DNA of 63,785 bases, counting the filler, from Psammoneis japonica (taxonomy: Eukaryota), in the NCBI GenBank assembly GCA_008632985.1. It is 4 parts of 4 records of this genome, joined end to end, with 100 filler letters (N's around TTAATTAATTAA, not from the genome) between each part and the next. Parts side by side here need not be neighbours in the genome. Positions count along the whole stretch, not along the records: positions 19,979 to 39,451 come from QPGO01000465.1; 3 more parts are not named here. One strand, given 5' to 3'. Below the pieces are notes generated by a model that saw only the letters and a list, made by a program, of their open reading frames with translations, was not told the DNA's origin and searched no databases. Position numbers and translations under genes: made by a program. Numbering within the stretch: the first letter of the stretch is position 1; each line of letters opens with the position of its first letter. Below are positions 21,685-34,750 of this stretch, one piece after another.

Positions 21685-24185
21685 GTTGTTTCAAGGAAAA
21701 CAAACACGTCTTTTCAAGGAAAACAAACACGTCTTTTCAAGGAAAACAAACATGTCGTTTCAAGGAAAACAAACATGTCGTTTCAAGGAAAACAAACATG
21801 TCTTTTCAGAGAAAACAAACGTGTCATTTCAAGAAAAACAAACATGTCATTTCAAGGAAAACAGACATGTCTTGAAAACAAACATGTCAAAAAACAAACA
21901 TGTCTTTTCAAAGAAAACAAACACGCCTTTTCAAGGAAAACAAACACGTCATTTCAAGGAAAACAAACATGTCTTTTCAAGGAAAACAAACGTGTCGTTT
22001 CAAGGAAAACAAACATGTCTTGAAAACAAACATGACTTTTCAAGGAAAACAAACATGTCGTTTCAAGGAAAACAAACATGTTGCTTCAAGGGAAAAAATG
22101 TCTTTTCAAGGAAAACAAACATGTCTTTTCAAGGAAAACAAACATGCAGTTTCAAGGAAAACAAACATGTCTTTTCGGAGAAAACAAACATGTCATTTCA
22201 AGGAAAACAAGTCTGTCTTTTCAAGGAAAACAAGTGTGTCTTTTCAAGGAAAACAAACATGCCGTTTCAAGGAAAACAAGCGTGTCGTTTCAAGGAAAAC
22301 AAACGTGTCGTTTCAAGGAAAGCAAACATGCATTTTCAAGGAAAACAAACACGTGGTTTCAAGGAAAACAAACACGTGTTTTCAAGGAAAACAAACATGT
22401 GGTTTCAAGGAAAACACACATGTCATTTCACGGAAAACAAACATGTGGTTTCAGAGAAAACAAACATGTCTTTTCAAGGAAAACAAGCACATTGTTTAAA
22501 AAAAACAAACATGTCATTTCAAGGAAAACAAACATGTGTTTTCAAGAAAAACAAACATGTGGTTTGAAGGAAAACAAACATGTCGTTTCACAGAAAACAA
22601 ACATGTCTTTTCAAGGAAAACAAACATGTCTTTTCATGGAAAACAAACATGTCTTTTCAAGGAAAACAAACGTGTCGTTTCAAGGAAAACGAACATGTGG
22701 TTTCAAGGAAAACAAACATGTCTTTTCAAGAAAAACAAACATCTTGTTTCAAAGAAAACAAACATGTCTTTTCGAGGAAAACAAACGTGTCATTTAAAGG
22801 AAAACAAACATGTGGTTTTAAGGAAAACAAACATGTCTTTTCAAGGAAAACAAACATGTCTTTTCAAGGAAAACATGTTTGTTTTCCTTGAAAGGACATG
22901 TTCAGTTGGACAAATGCTGCGTGACGATGCTGTGCACAACACATGCCTGAATGTGTGTGCGGAGCATGTGTTTTCAAGGAAAACAAACACGTGGTTTCAA
23001 AGAAAGCAAACATGTCGTTTCATGGAAAACAAGCAAGTCTTTTCAAGGAAAACAAACATGTCTTTTCAATGAAAACAAACATGTCGTTTCAAGAAAAACA
23101 AGCGTTTCGTTTCAAAGAAAACAAACATGTCTTTTCAAGGAAAACAAACGTGTCTTTTCAAGGAAAACAAACATGTCATTTCAGGGAAAAGTTTGGAGAC
23201 AAACATGTTGTTTCAAAGAAAACAAACACATCTTTTCAAGGAAAACAAACGTGTCGTTTCACGAAAAACAAATGTGTCATTTCAAGGAAAACAAACACAT
23301 CTTTTCAGAGAAAACCAAGGTGTCATTTCAAAAAAAACAAACACGTGGTTTCAAGGAAAACAAACGTGTCATTTCAAGGAAAACAAACATGTCTTTTCAA
23401 AGAAAACAAACATGTCTTTTCAAGGAAAACAAACATGTCGTTTCAAGGAAAACAAACATGTCTTTTCAGAGAAAACAAACATGTCATTTCAAGGAAAACA
23501 AGTCTGTCTTTTCAAGGAAAACAAGTGTGTCTTTTCAAGGAAAACAAACATGTTGTTTCAAGGAAAACAAGCGTGTCGTTTCAAGGAAAACAAACGTGTC
23601 GTTTCAGGGAAAGCAAACATGCATTTTCAAGGAAAACAAACACGTGGTTTCAAGGAAAACAAACACGTGGTTTCAAGGAAAACAAACATGTGGTTTCAAG
23701 GAAAACACACATGTCATTTCACGGAAAACAAACATGTGGTTTCAGAGAAAACAAACATGTCTTTTCAAGGAAAACAAGCACATTGTTTAAAAAAAAACAA
23801 ACATGTCATTTCAAGGAAAACAAACATGTGTTTTCAAGAAAAACAAACATGTGGTTTCAAGGAAAACAAACATGTCGTTTCACAGAAAACAAACATGTCT
23901 TTTCAAGGAAAACAAACATGTCTTTTCATGGAAAACAAACATGTCTTTTCAAGGAAAACAAACGTGTCGTTTCAAGGAAAACGAGCATGTGGTTTCAAGG
24001 AAAACAAACATGTCTTTTCAAGAAAAACAAACATCTTGTTTCAAAGAAAACAAACATGTCTTTTCGAGGAAAACAAACGTGTCATTTAAAGGAAAACAAA
24101 CATGTGGTTTCAAGGAAAACAAACATGTCTTTTCAAGGAAAACAAACATGTCTTTTCAAGGAAAACATGTTTGTTTTCCTTGAAA
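21685..24185 (+). repeat. 23-bp satellite array (forward) with a higher-order duplication at ~1.29-kb offset
   Basis: Rare variants (gtctgtc at 22211/23502; ttgaaaggacatgttcagttgg at 22888/24180) recur at a 1291-1292 bp offset. Confidence 0.97.
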
Positions 24186-24194
24186 GGACATGTT

Positions 24195-25280
24195 CAGTTG
24201 GACAAATGCTGTGTGACGATGCTGTGCACAACACATGCCTGAATGTGTGTGCGGAGAAGGGGCTCAACAGCTGGCTGAGTGGCAACTTCTTTGCCTCTTG
24301 GGTTGTTGAGAACCTCCTGCACTCGCCAGGACAGTGTGCAGTGTTCTGAGTGGTTGCGAGTCTTTGTGCTTCCTGAGGTCACTGGCTTGAATTGGCCTCA
24401 AATCCAAGCCTCCTTTTTTTTCTCAGCCCGCCCCTTTCCAACCCCATCTGGGGTGGGCGGCTGGGCTTCGAGCCTGCTCCTCTCTTGGCCGGATGCGCCA
24501 CATGGCACTGGCCCATCCTGCCCAACATGGGGAGTGCATGGTCAAATTCGTGAGTCCTCCGTGCGGACGCGCCACATGGTGACAACCCATCCTGTGACGA
24601 GAGGGAGAGTTGGACAAATGCTGTGTGATGATGCTGCGCACAACACACGCAGCCGCCCACCCCATCCGGGGTGGGCGGCTGGGCTTCGAGCCTGCTCCTC
24701 CCTTGGCCGGATGCGCCACATGGCACTGGCCCATCCTGCCCAACATGGGGAGTGCATGGCCAAATTCGTGAGCCCTCCGTGCGGATGCGCCACATGGTGA
24801 CAACCCATCCTGCGACGAGAGGGAGAGTTGGACAAATGCTGTGTGATGATGCTGCGCACAACACATGCCCAAATGTGTGCGCGGAGAAGGGACTCAACAG
24901 CCAGCCGAGTGGCAACTTCTTTGCCTCTTGGGTTGTTGAGAACCTCCTGCACTCACCAGGACAGTGTGCAGCATTCTGACTGGTTGTGAGTCTTTGCGCT
25001 TCCTGAGGTTGCTGGCTTGAATTGGCCTCAAATCCAAGCCTCCTTTTCTTTCTCGGCCTGCCCCTTTCCAGCCCCATCCGGGGTGGGCGGCTGGGCTTCG
25101 AACCCACACCTCCCTTGGCCAGATGCGCCACATGGCACCAACCCATCCTGCCTGACAGGTGGAGTGCATGGTCTAATTCGAAAGTCCACTGTGCAGATGC
25201 ACCACATGGCAACAACCCATCCTGTGATGAGAGGGAGAGTTGGACAAATGCTGTGTGATGATGCTGTGCACAACACACGC
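24195..25280. repeat. Complex tandem repeat (~630-bp unit x2 with an internal ~220-bp subunit x3)
   Basis: gttggacaaatgctgtgtgaYgatgctg recurs near 24197, 24609, 24827 and 25239; gggtgggcggctgggcttcga recurs three times. Confidence 0.9.
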
Positions 25281-25755
25281 ATCAGAGTGCGCAAAATGCC
25301 AAAAATGTGTGGATTTGCATGATGACAATTTGTCAAAATGTTGCAAAAAATTGTTGTCGCACAATGACGCTCCAACATCTGGTTGCAAGTTTGCTGTGCC
25401 AATGTCGCGACAACTTGTTGAGAATCATGTGTGCCATTTTTCACTGTGCCCACATCGCCATTTCTGCCTCCACCTTGTTGCCATGTGCCAATCCATGATT
25501 GCACTGCCACACAATCCTTGGTTTGTCAATTTTTGCAAACAGGGGTGTGATCACAGAACCACTTGCGTGCCTGCTTGTTCCTTCGTTTGCTGCCAGCGAC
25601 AGTGTCTGGGCCAAGCAGATCCCATGTCGGCACAATTGGGATGTCTTTCTTTTCATTCTTGTCACGTTTTGACTTTTTCCTGCCTTGCTTTTTCCTCTTA
25701 AACTTGCCTTTTTGCCGCCTTTTTTGCCCATTCCTCCCAAGTTCCTGGCCAATTT
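25213..25755 (-). repeat. Dispersed repeat; inverted copy of parts of 38749-39451 and of 35005-35062
   Basis: gatttgcatgatgacaatttgtcaaaatgttg is the reverse complement of ~39322-39353; aacttgcctttttgccgccttttttgcccattcctcccaag is the reverse complement of ~35022-35062. Confidence 0.88.
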
Positions 25756-26797
25756 GAGGAAAACAAACGTGTTGTTTCAAGGAAAACAAACACGTGGTTT
25801 CAAGGAAAACAAACATGTCGTTTAAAGAAAAACAAACATGTCGTTTCAAAGAAAACAAACATGTCTTTTCAAGGAAAACAAGCATGTCGTTTCAAGGAAA
25901 ACAAACGCATCGTTTCAAGGAAAACAAACATGTCTTTTCAGAGAAAACAAACATGTTTTTTCAAGAAAAACAAACATGTTCAAATGTGGGTGCAGCTGAA
26001 GCACAAAACAACTCATCTTGTGTGTCCCACAAACTCTTGGCGGTGGTGGGTTTTGACCGCCAGACATCAAACAAGGAGTTGCTCAATTGTGGGCACTGCT
26101 CAAGCATTCCAGAGGCATCACACACCTTCATCTGGGAGAGGGTCAACCCCACAAATTGCTGCACATTGCAGTCTCATGGATCCAACTGCACTTGGGGGCA
26201 GGTGCAAGCTTCTTGTGGGGCGCAGATGCTGTTCTCCTGCACATGGAATCCTGTTAAGTTTGCTTCTGTCAGTGCGCTCTTGCACAGAATTCAAGGCACA
26301 CTCATGTTGTTTCAAGAAAAACAAACACATCATTTCAAAAAAAAATGTCATGGGAAAACAAGCGTGTCTTTTGAAGGAAAACAAATGCATCGTTTCAAAG
26401 AAAACAAACATGTTGCTTCAAAGTCATCTCAACAAACATGTCATTTCAAGGAAAACAAACATGTCTTTTCAAGGAAAACAAACGTGTGTTTTCAAGGAAA
26501 ACAAACATGTGGTTTCAAGGAAAACAAACACGTGGTTTCAAGGAGAACAAACATGTCGTTTCAAGGAAAACAAGCATGTCTTTTCAAGGAAAACAATTGT
26601 GTCTTTTCAAGGAAAACAAACGTGTGTTTCAGGGAAAACAAACATGTGGTTTCAAGAAACAAACATTCTTTCAAGAAAACAAACATGTGTTTCAGAAAAA
26701 AAATTGCATTTCAGGGAAAACAAACATGTCGTTTCAAGGAAAACAAACATGTTGTTTCAAGGAAAACAAGCGTGTCTTTTCAAGGAAAACAAGCGTG
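25756..26797 (+). repeat. 23-bp satellite arrays (25756-25985 and 26305-26797)
   Basis: Same unit as above. Confidence 0.95.
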
Positions 26798-27234
26798 CCA
26801 TGCCCGCCATCACATCGGTGCTGCAACACCAACAGAGCCACATTGATGTTGTTGCATTCGCCGCTGTGGCAGAAACGCCATGGTGGGTGATGCCTTCCAT
26901 TGTCCAACTCATTTTTGGCTCCATTCATGTGCTTGCTGTTGATGCTGCTGCTTCTGCTGCTGCAATTTGACCACGTTCATGCCGTTGCTGTTGTCGCCAC
27001 TGTTTGACACATTGCAGCTGTGAATGTGCTTTGAATTGCAGAAGGGGGGCATGGAAGAGATGCAGGTGAGCTTGTTTTCAGCATCAAAGCAAGTTGCGTT
27101 GCTGTCTCTTCCGTTGCCATTTGTTGCTCAACACCCAAACCTCTGCATGCGCACTGGCTCATGTTCTTTTCTTGCGTCAGAGTTCATTGAGATTGCCGCT
27201 GAAGTCACGCGAGAGAGTCAGAAACACCGTGAAG

Positions 27235-30200
27235 AAGAAAGACATTTTGGGCAGGCACACGGAACTCCTCCCACGGTTCCTGTCTTGTCAGTGGATCTCG
27301 GATGTGAAGGAGATGCCATCATGGCTGACCTGATCTCAGACAGTGAGTGCGAAACGGAACAACTGAGCCGGGCTGCATCATTGCTGATCCAGCATCTCCC
27401 GACGACGCACACCCCCAGCAGTTCCTGGTGCCCTTTCTCCTGAAGCCCTGCGGTCAAAGATTGCATTGTGGTCTGAATCTGCTTCTGCATCATTGAGATC
27501 GGGGATTCATTTGGGGCATTGGAAAGCTGTGCATGCTCCTCATTCTCATGCATCTGATTGCGACGACGACGGGAATCCATCCAAGCGGAAAGAACTGCTG
27601 GATTCGGCTCAACAGACTCTTGTGGCAACGCGGCTCAACTTGATCAACTGCACTCTGAAGTGGGGCTGCTCGTGCGAACGGTGGAAAGACATTGTGAACG
27701 TGATGATTTTCAAAGAACCAGGCAACAACAAGATTCACAGATTGCAAGTGATTCATGTTTACGAGGCAGATTTCCAATTGATTGCAAGCGTCAAGTGGCA
27801 AGAATTGGCTCAACATGTGGAGCACTGTCGCATGTGCAACCCAGGGATCTACGGGTGCAGATCATTCCTCTCTGCTCAAACACCAGTGTTTCTTGAAAAT
27901 CCAATGATGGAGATTTCACGCGCATCCAGGAAGACTTCGCCAACCAGCGACGACGATTGCACTTCTTGCCACGACAGGAACATTCCAGCAATTGTCGGAT
28001 TGTGTGCAAAGAGCGATGGCATGCACGAAAGAGCAGTCAAAGTCAACATGGCGACTTTGCATCACACACGCCACTGGTTGCGCACTCTTCTGGGACTCGC
28101 CCAATGATGTTGTTCTCATTCCTCTGAGTGTCCTTTGTGTGGAACAGGACAAGGCAGTGGAAATTCTCCCTGGCACTGGAGCACTCTGTGCAGCAGACTC
28201 TTTGATGTTTTCGACGCAGAAGCTGTCGGATCACATTTCGAAACCCCGGCTGGACAGTTTTGCATTTGAGTTTTCAACCGAGGACATGTCGACGACACTT
28301 CCAAGCAAGTGAACGACTTTAGAGCCAGCCCTCAGCCTTCTGCTTTCGAGTTGTCTCAATCTCTACAATCGGACGACCAGTTGTGGTGTGATCCACTGGA
28401 TGCGGCCGGGCACAAACCAGAATTGCCAAAATGTTCGTTCCACACCATCGAGTGGGACTTCACGGAATGTGGCGAACCATGCATCTGCCCTCACCACGAT
28501 GACATCGAAGTGGAAATCTTTTCTGCAGATCGTTCTGCTTCCAGGTGCAGCATGCAACTGTCTGCATGTGCGCCTCACAAAACCTTGGGACACTGCATGG
28601 CTCCGACAGGCACACAGAAGACTCAACTGAAGAAGTTGCTCCACAAGAGCGATGCAGTCTCCCTGTTTCTCCAATCATGTCCTTTGGACAGAAGAGAAAC
28701 ATGGCGGTGCCATTGTGCTTGTCATTTATCTTCGATGACATGCGCGCTGGCAAATTCAAACTTCCTCCCCAAAGAACTCCAACAGGTCCAACAGAAGGCC
28801 ATGTGGACGATTTTTGCCAAATGCGGACACAACAGGAACACCAAACAAGCAATCTTGTGTGGACCGCAATCCCTCAGAGGAGGCGGGTTTCGATCACTAG
28901 ACGTCAAGCAAGGAGTGGCCCAACTGCAGCAATTGTTGAAGCACTCGAGAGGGGTCAAACACTTGCAGCTCGGGGAGGACCAACCGCACAAGCTTCTTCA
29001 CATCGCAGCAGCGTGGATCCAACTGAACTTGGGAACTGGTGAGAGTTTCTTGTGGGACGTTGAACATCGCATTGCCTCATGTGGAATCTAGATGGTTCGC
29101 ATCTGTTGGGCTGTTTTTACAGCAGATCAAAGGCCGGGTGTCTCTGCGCCACAACGGGGTCCTTCCACTTCAACGAGACAACGACCAGTGCTTGATGGAT
29201 GTTGCTTTGCATTCCCAGTCCTTTGCCGCGCGAGAGATCCGGTGGCCAAACTGTTGCCGTCTGCACCTGAAAGTCTTGTCTGTTTCAGATGTTGCTCTGT
29301 TGGATGGAATGACGCTGGATGGGTCAAAAGCACAAGAGGAACCGTCATTGCAGAGCAGTGTTGGTGCACTCAACAACATCGAGCAGTGCAAGCCATGCCA
29401 GTGAGCATGGAAAGTCTGGAAGAAATTTTGTTCAGCCCTGTGCCATCCGAAGTCACTGCGCTTGAAGGAACCCCCAGGAGATTGGCTTCTGCCACCATCC
29501 CAGATGAGAGTGCAGTCAACTGCACGCTTTTCTCCATCTGAGGAACACTTGCATGTGCGCTCTCCAACTGGTTGTGACACATTTCAAGCAAACAGGACCA
29601 TCGCTGATTCTGTCAGAGAGATGGAGACTGCACCACATCCTTCTGATTCTTCTTGTCCAGTTGAGGTGTCTGCCATCAAGGACGGACGATGGCATTTTGA
29701 GATCCCACGCACTTCATCAACCGCTTTCCACTCTCCGACCACTCCAGATTCCTTTCTGTCGCATCTTCAGGGACTCGACAAGTGGGAATCTGTGCCATTT
29801 GAAGACTTGGTCTTTCATGTTTCTCCACGAACAGTGGTCCGACACTTTCTTTCGTCTCATCTCACCGCAGGCAGTGATGGATCGGTCCAAGAAGGAGCCA
29901 CCTTTGGGTGGACCATTGCCATGGATGGTGCACCACCAGTGGATTGTGCAGGGCCAGTTTTTGGGAAGACTCCGTCCTCTCACCACGCAGAAGCTTGCGG
30001 CATTCCATCCATTGCAAGATTCATCTGCCGGCTGTGCAAATGCTGCCGCGTTGCCATTCCTTTGGATGCAGTGATTCATTGCGATGACAAAGCACTGGTT
30101 GACTGTTTGTCTGAATTGACTCCCATCCTGCCGGTGAGTGATCCCGAAAACGACGCATGCGAACAACACGACTTTCACATTCACTGCCATGGGGCCAACA

Positions 30201-31563
30201 CTGTCGCTCTGGATTGGGACATTTTGAATGAGATCCTCCACACCCAGCAAGCTTTGACGCAACTGTTTGGATGCAGCCGATCTCGCTCTGCCTCCAGTGT
30301 GATGGGCAAAAGGACATCAAGACAGGCAATCTCCCGTCCACTCATTGCCGTTAAATGCCAGAGTTAACATCCGAGCGGACAAATTGGCAGGAGCTTGCCA
30401 AGGACATTGCCTGCACGACACGAATCAGGTCAAGCACCTGCCACATTGCCACTTGCATCTGGAGATCGACGGGGGTGCAATCACGACGAATTACAAGAAA
30501 CAAATTCGGTGCGCTGCTGCTGCTCCTGAATTGATGCAACATGTTGTCAAACGGAACAAATGGGATCCTTCAGTGGTTGACCTTGTCGACTGGAATGCTC
30601 GCGCGGTTCTGGTGAAACGTCACTCACAACAGCATGTTGACACAGTCAAGCTGGTCCATGACTTGCTGCCGACTGACAAGATCGCAAATCAACACAACCC
30701 AGTTCGACCGCACCAATGCATCACATGCGAGCATCCGATGGAAGACAGGGACCACATGCTTCGGTGTCCAAACAACAAACAGTGGCGAAGGAAGTTCCTG
30801 CAGGGTCTTTGATGCTGCTGCGACAAGATTGACGCTGTGCCTGCTCTCCGAGACTTCCTCCTGGACATGCTTCAAGCCTGGTTTGATGATGAAATGACGT
30901 GCTTCGACAATGTGGACTGTTGATGCAAGGAACTTTGGTGAGCTCAATTGGATGTTGGTTGGAGACAGGTTTTCAACGGCAGATGCTCGCACATGTGGAA
31001 TCTTTTGCAATCCGGACACCTGCGCGATTCTGGCATTCTACGACAATGTCAGGAAGAAAACAAACAGCCACCAGATTGGACGGTTCAGATCGGGTCTTTC
31101 ATGTGGAGGTGCTGGTGGGAACTTTGGGAAGAGCACAACAAGTTGTTTCACGGGCACGAAGTTGATTCTTGGAAATCATCTCAACAGAGGAAGGCGGAAG
31201 CCAAACTGACGGCAACATGCAACAAACGACAAGAATGCTTGGCGAAGGACAGAGGTGCATTGCTGGATTCGGTCGAAGAACAGCTGTCATTTTCAACAAC
31301 GAGGATCCAAAACTGGGTCTCTGTGGTCCGTCCAAGACTAAAAGACAGCCTGAAAGAAGCCAAACGACTGGCAAAAAGCGGCGCTCGCGCCATTTGCAGC
31401 TGTCTCCGTCGGGCGCCCTTCTAATGGGGGTGCCGAAACCGGCCAATTGCACCACATTTCTGCCGCATCCTCCGCAGGGTGCACTGGAAGTGTGGGTTGG
31501 CCGGCGCCGGTGTTGCTGAGCAAAGGTGCAATGGCACTCAAAATTGGGGTTTGGTTTTTTTTT
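27235..31563 (+). mobile_element. Non-LTR retrotransposon (Ambal-like LINE with RT, RNase H and C-terminal Zn knuckle), 5'-truncated and degenerate
   Basis: HFGQAHGTP, SGIHLGHWKA, KEPGNNKIHRLQVIHVYEADF, D..SCHDR, GTGQGSGNSP, GHVDDT; RNase H SDGS..HAEACG..CDDKALV..KGHQD..NIRADKLA; CxxC..EDRDHMLRC; LWEEHN; 3' UTR ending GG-T9. The clade name is inferred. Confidence 0.9.
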
Positions 31564-31798
31564 GGTCTCAAGCGGTGTCATCTTGAGCAGCATTGCCTTG
31601 AGCATCATCGTCTCAAGTGGTGAATTGCAGTGTCTCGAGTGCTCAACATCCAGTCTTGAGTGGCAGGCGCCATCTTGAGTGGGGCCCCTGGCAAATTTTG
31701 TCTTGATTGGCTCTGTGCTGTCTCGAGCGGCAAACATCCAATGTCCAATCTAACGTGGCATCATCTCGCGCAGCATCCACCTGGCCTCAAGTGGTGTC

Positions 31799-34047
31799 CT
31801 CAGCTGCACTTTCCCCGGGAATTCCCAGGGAATTCCCCGGGAACACCCCAATTTCCGTGCTCATCTCATGGGAATCCAAATTCCCGGGGAATCTGTCATG
31901 GCGTCAGCAATTCACATGCTCGCGCACAGCCTGGTGTAAATCACACATGGGAATTCCCCGTCTGGCTCCCCTTTGTCAGGAGCAGCGGACAGACACCATC
32001 TCTCCATTTGCTGCTTGCTAAAACACTCCACACAAAAAGCAGCGCCATGGCAGATGACGACGACAGCACCCCACTGGGGGCCACGATCAACTTTGCCACA
32101 GGAGGCATGAACTCTGCTTCAACATCGGCTGCTGTTGCAGCTGCATCGTCTCTTTCCAGATCTGCGCATGATGGCAGTGCTGGTGCCGATGCCGATGCCT
32201 CCTCTGCACAAGTGGAGGAGCTTGGAGCCATTTCGAGCATCTGGAACGACGAGTGCGTTGAGAAGACAACTCGCAACAACAGCAATGGATGGTTGTGCAA
32301 GTGGCGCAACACTCATTTCTCAGACAGAAATGCTGCAAAGGCTCTCGCACATTTGTGCAGAATGAAGGGGCAGCACATCAAAGGCTGCAAGGCAAAGATG
32401 AGCAACGAGCACCAGGCAAGGCATCAAAGCATGTGGCAGCAGTGCACCGACAAAAAAGAGGCAAAAAAGCAGACAGCAGAGGGAGTGAAGACTTGCATGG
32501 AAGAAGGCCAAGCTGCTGCTGTGAAAGAGTTGCAATCCCGCAAGAAGCAATGCTTTTGCTTCGCGAAGCACCAATCAAAAACAAGACATGGTGACTCGTT
32601 CAAATGAGGCTGCACTTCAGATGGCAATTGCTGACCTGTGTCATGCTGAAGGCCTTCCATTCAACTTGGCTCAGAAGCCAAGGTTCTGGCGCTGCTTGAC
32701 TTTAGCAAAGTGCGTTGGCAACGACTTCAAGGCGCCCACACGCAATGAAATTGGAGGCCCGCTTCTGGACATAAATTGCAGACGCTGCACGGCACAGAAT
32801 GAGCAGAAATTGCTTGCTGAATTGAGCGCGTTCGGCATTTCTCTCCTTGGAGATGGGGCGACAGTCAAGTGGATGCCATTGGTCAACGTTCTTGCACATG
32901 CGGCATCCACTGCACCGATGGTGCTGGAGATGCATGATTGCACTCAACACATGGCGGAAGGAGGGAAAAAAGATGCGCCACACATTGCTGACATTTTCTT
33001 GCCACACTTTGTTGATTTGGATCCTTGCAAGGATGTTGTCGACTCAGCATTCTTTGACGGTGCAAAGAATGTGGCATGCCGGGTCACCTCAAAACTTCTG
33101 GGGATTGGTCCTGCCGAACGATCTTGGGGTGATGTGGAGCACCTCAAGAGCAATGAGCGGTCCCATCTGAGCGCCGACTTGACGGAAAAACAATCGATCA
33201 TCCATTCAACGGCTCGGCTTGACAAAGCATGCATCAAGTGCGATGAGGAGTCGAAACACAGTCATGATGGATGGGGAGATGACGACGTTGGCTTTGACCT
33301 TGGATTGGAGAGGTTTGGCGTGGATGCTGCAGAATTAAAACTTCCACCAAAGCGGCTCTTGATCCTAAAGAACAACGACAGCGTCGCTGAGGCAAAGCTG
33401 TTGGAGAAGTGCCGCTCAATGGTCTTCTGTGATGTCAGCTGCAAAATCACTTGCACCGTTGTGGACAACAACCTTGAATTTCAAAAGGGTGGAGGTGGTG
33501 GGTGGTGCGCAATTGGAGTGCCGCCCGAGTGCGATGGAAGCAATGAAAGGCTTCTTGAGCCACACCTCATTGACGAAAATCTCATTGACATGATCGCAGA
33601 AACGGCTCAGCCAAGTGAATCAAATGTTGAGTTGATGAAGCAAGTGGAAGAAAATGAGGATGCGGAGTCAAGCAGCTCTGGCAACAGCAGCGAGCAAACA
33701 TCTTAGAAACACATGCAACCAGCAAGAAGCAGTGGCAGAAAGCAGGTGTGAGGAGCAAGTTTACAACTGAAATGCACCATGATCATCCTGGTGACCGCAT
33801 TGATGTGTGGTGGTTCTTGCATCAACAAACACACCATGCAAGGTCTGTGCTGCAAGCTGCAAGCCATTCCCGCTTTTCACGAGCTGTTCCCGCTTTTTGT
33901 TCAAATCTGGTTCCCCTCCCACGCCCTTTCGGGGAGCGTCTCCGCCCAAATTCCCGGGGAATCCCGGGGAATTCCCAAGGAATTCCCCATTGTTCCCCAT
34001 TCCCCTGCCATCAAGGGGAACTTCAAAAAGGGGAAAGTGCAGCTAAG
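31799..34047 (+). mobile_element. hAT DNA transposon, internally deleted, with 18-bp TIRs and 8-bp TSD GTGGTGTC
   Basis: Left TIR CTCAGCTGCACTTTCCCC; right TIR (reverse complement) CTTAGCTGCACTTTCCCC; TSD at 31791-31798 and 34048-34055; subterminal GGGAATTCCC motifs at both ends. Confidence 0.93.
32047..33706 (+). pseudogene. hAT transposase (BED finger + DUF659-type DDE), frameshifted, central part deleted
   Basis: W.CKW..ALAHL..C; IADLCHAEGLPF; GDGAT; GGKKDAPHIA; FFDGAKNV fused directly to ACRVTSKLLGIGPAERSWGDV; zero Tyr in the 372-aa ORF. Confidence 0.88.
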
Positions 34048-34750
34048 GTGGTGTCGTCTCGTCTCGAATGGCAGCCCAGTCTTGAGTGGAATCATCTCGA
34101 GTGGCAAATGTCGTCTCGACGGGCACAGCACTGTGCTGTCTCCAGCAGCAAATGCAGCATCTGATCTCGAGTGGTGTCGTCTCGAGCGGCAAATTTCTTG
34201 TCTCAAGTGGTGATGTGCCGGCATCATCTTGAGTGTTGTCGTCCACTGAAGTCTTGAGTGGCATCATCTGGTCTGGAGTGGTGTCATCTCTGGCAGCGAA
34301 CATCCAGAGTCTCCAGCAGTGTCCAGCAGAGTTGGCGGCAGTTTCACCACAAGATGAGTCCCAGCACAATCTTCTGACAGCTGCTCCAAAGCATGTTGCA
34401 ATGGATCCAGAAGTGTGGCTTGTCTTTCATTGGTGCCAAATCAAACTCTAACAACAAGCAATGGCCAGCTGTGAGGGAACATGCAATGCCAGAAAGGACA
34501 CTCCCACACATCAGAGCAACAGCTTTGTGCTGCACTCTGACCCACTTGCTTGATGTCCCGCCAGTTTCTGCCGGCGGGATTGGCACGCACTCTTCAGAGC
34601 AAGGATGCACTGCAACAATGTGGTTGCTGACAACAACTTGTTCAATGTTGTGGAGAAAAATGGAGTGGCTGGCTGTCTCAACATGACCCAAATGACAGCT
34701 GTGCTGTCGAACAGCAACACTCCTCTCATCATTGCTGTGAAAAGATCAAG

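Larger units (their letters stand above)
31564..34340. repeat. Degenerate ~15-bp repeat (gtctcgagtggtgtc-like) at 31564-31798 and 34048-34340, split by the hAT insertion
   Basis: Many tct(cg/tg/ca)agYgg cores on both sides of the hAT. Confidence 0.7.

Noticed and set aside
19979..24349. Long ORFs with RKTNMSFQGKQTC repeats; possible CRISPR array
   Set aside because: Translations of a stop-free 23-bp satellite; head-to-tail units with no unique spacers and no cas genes
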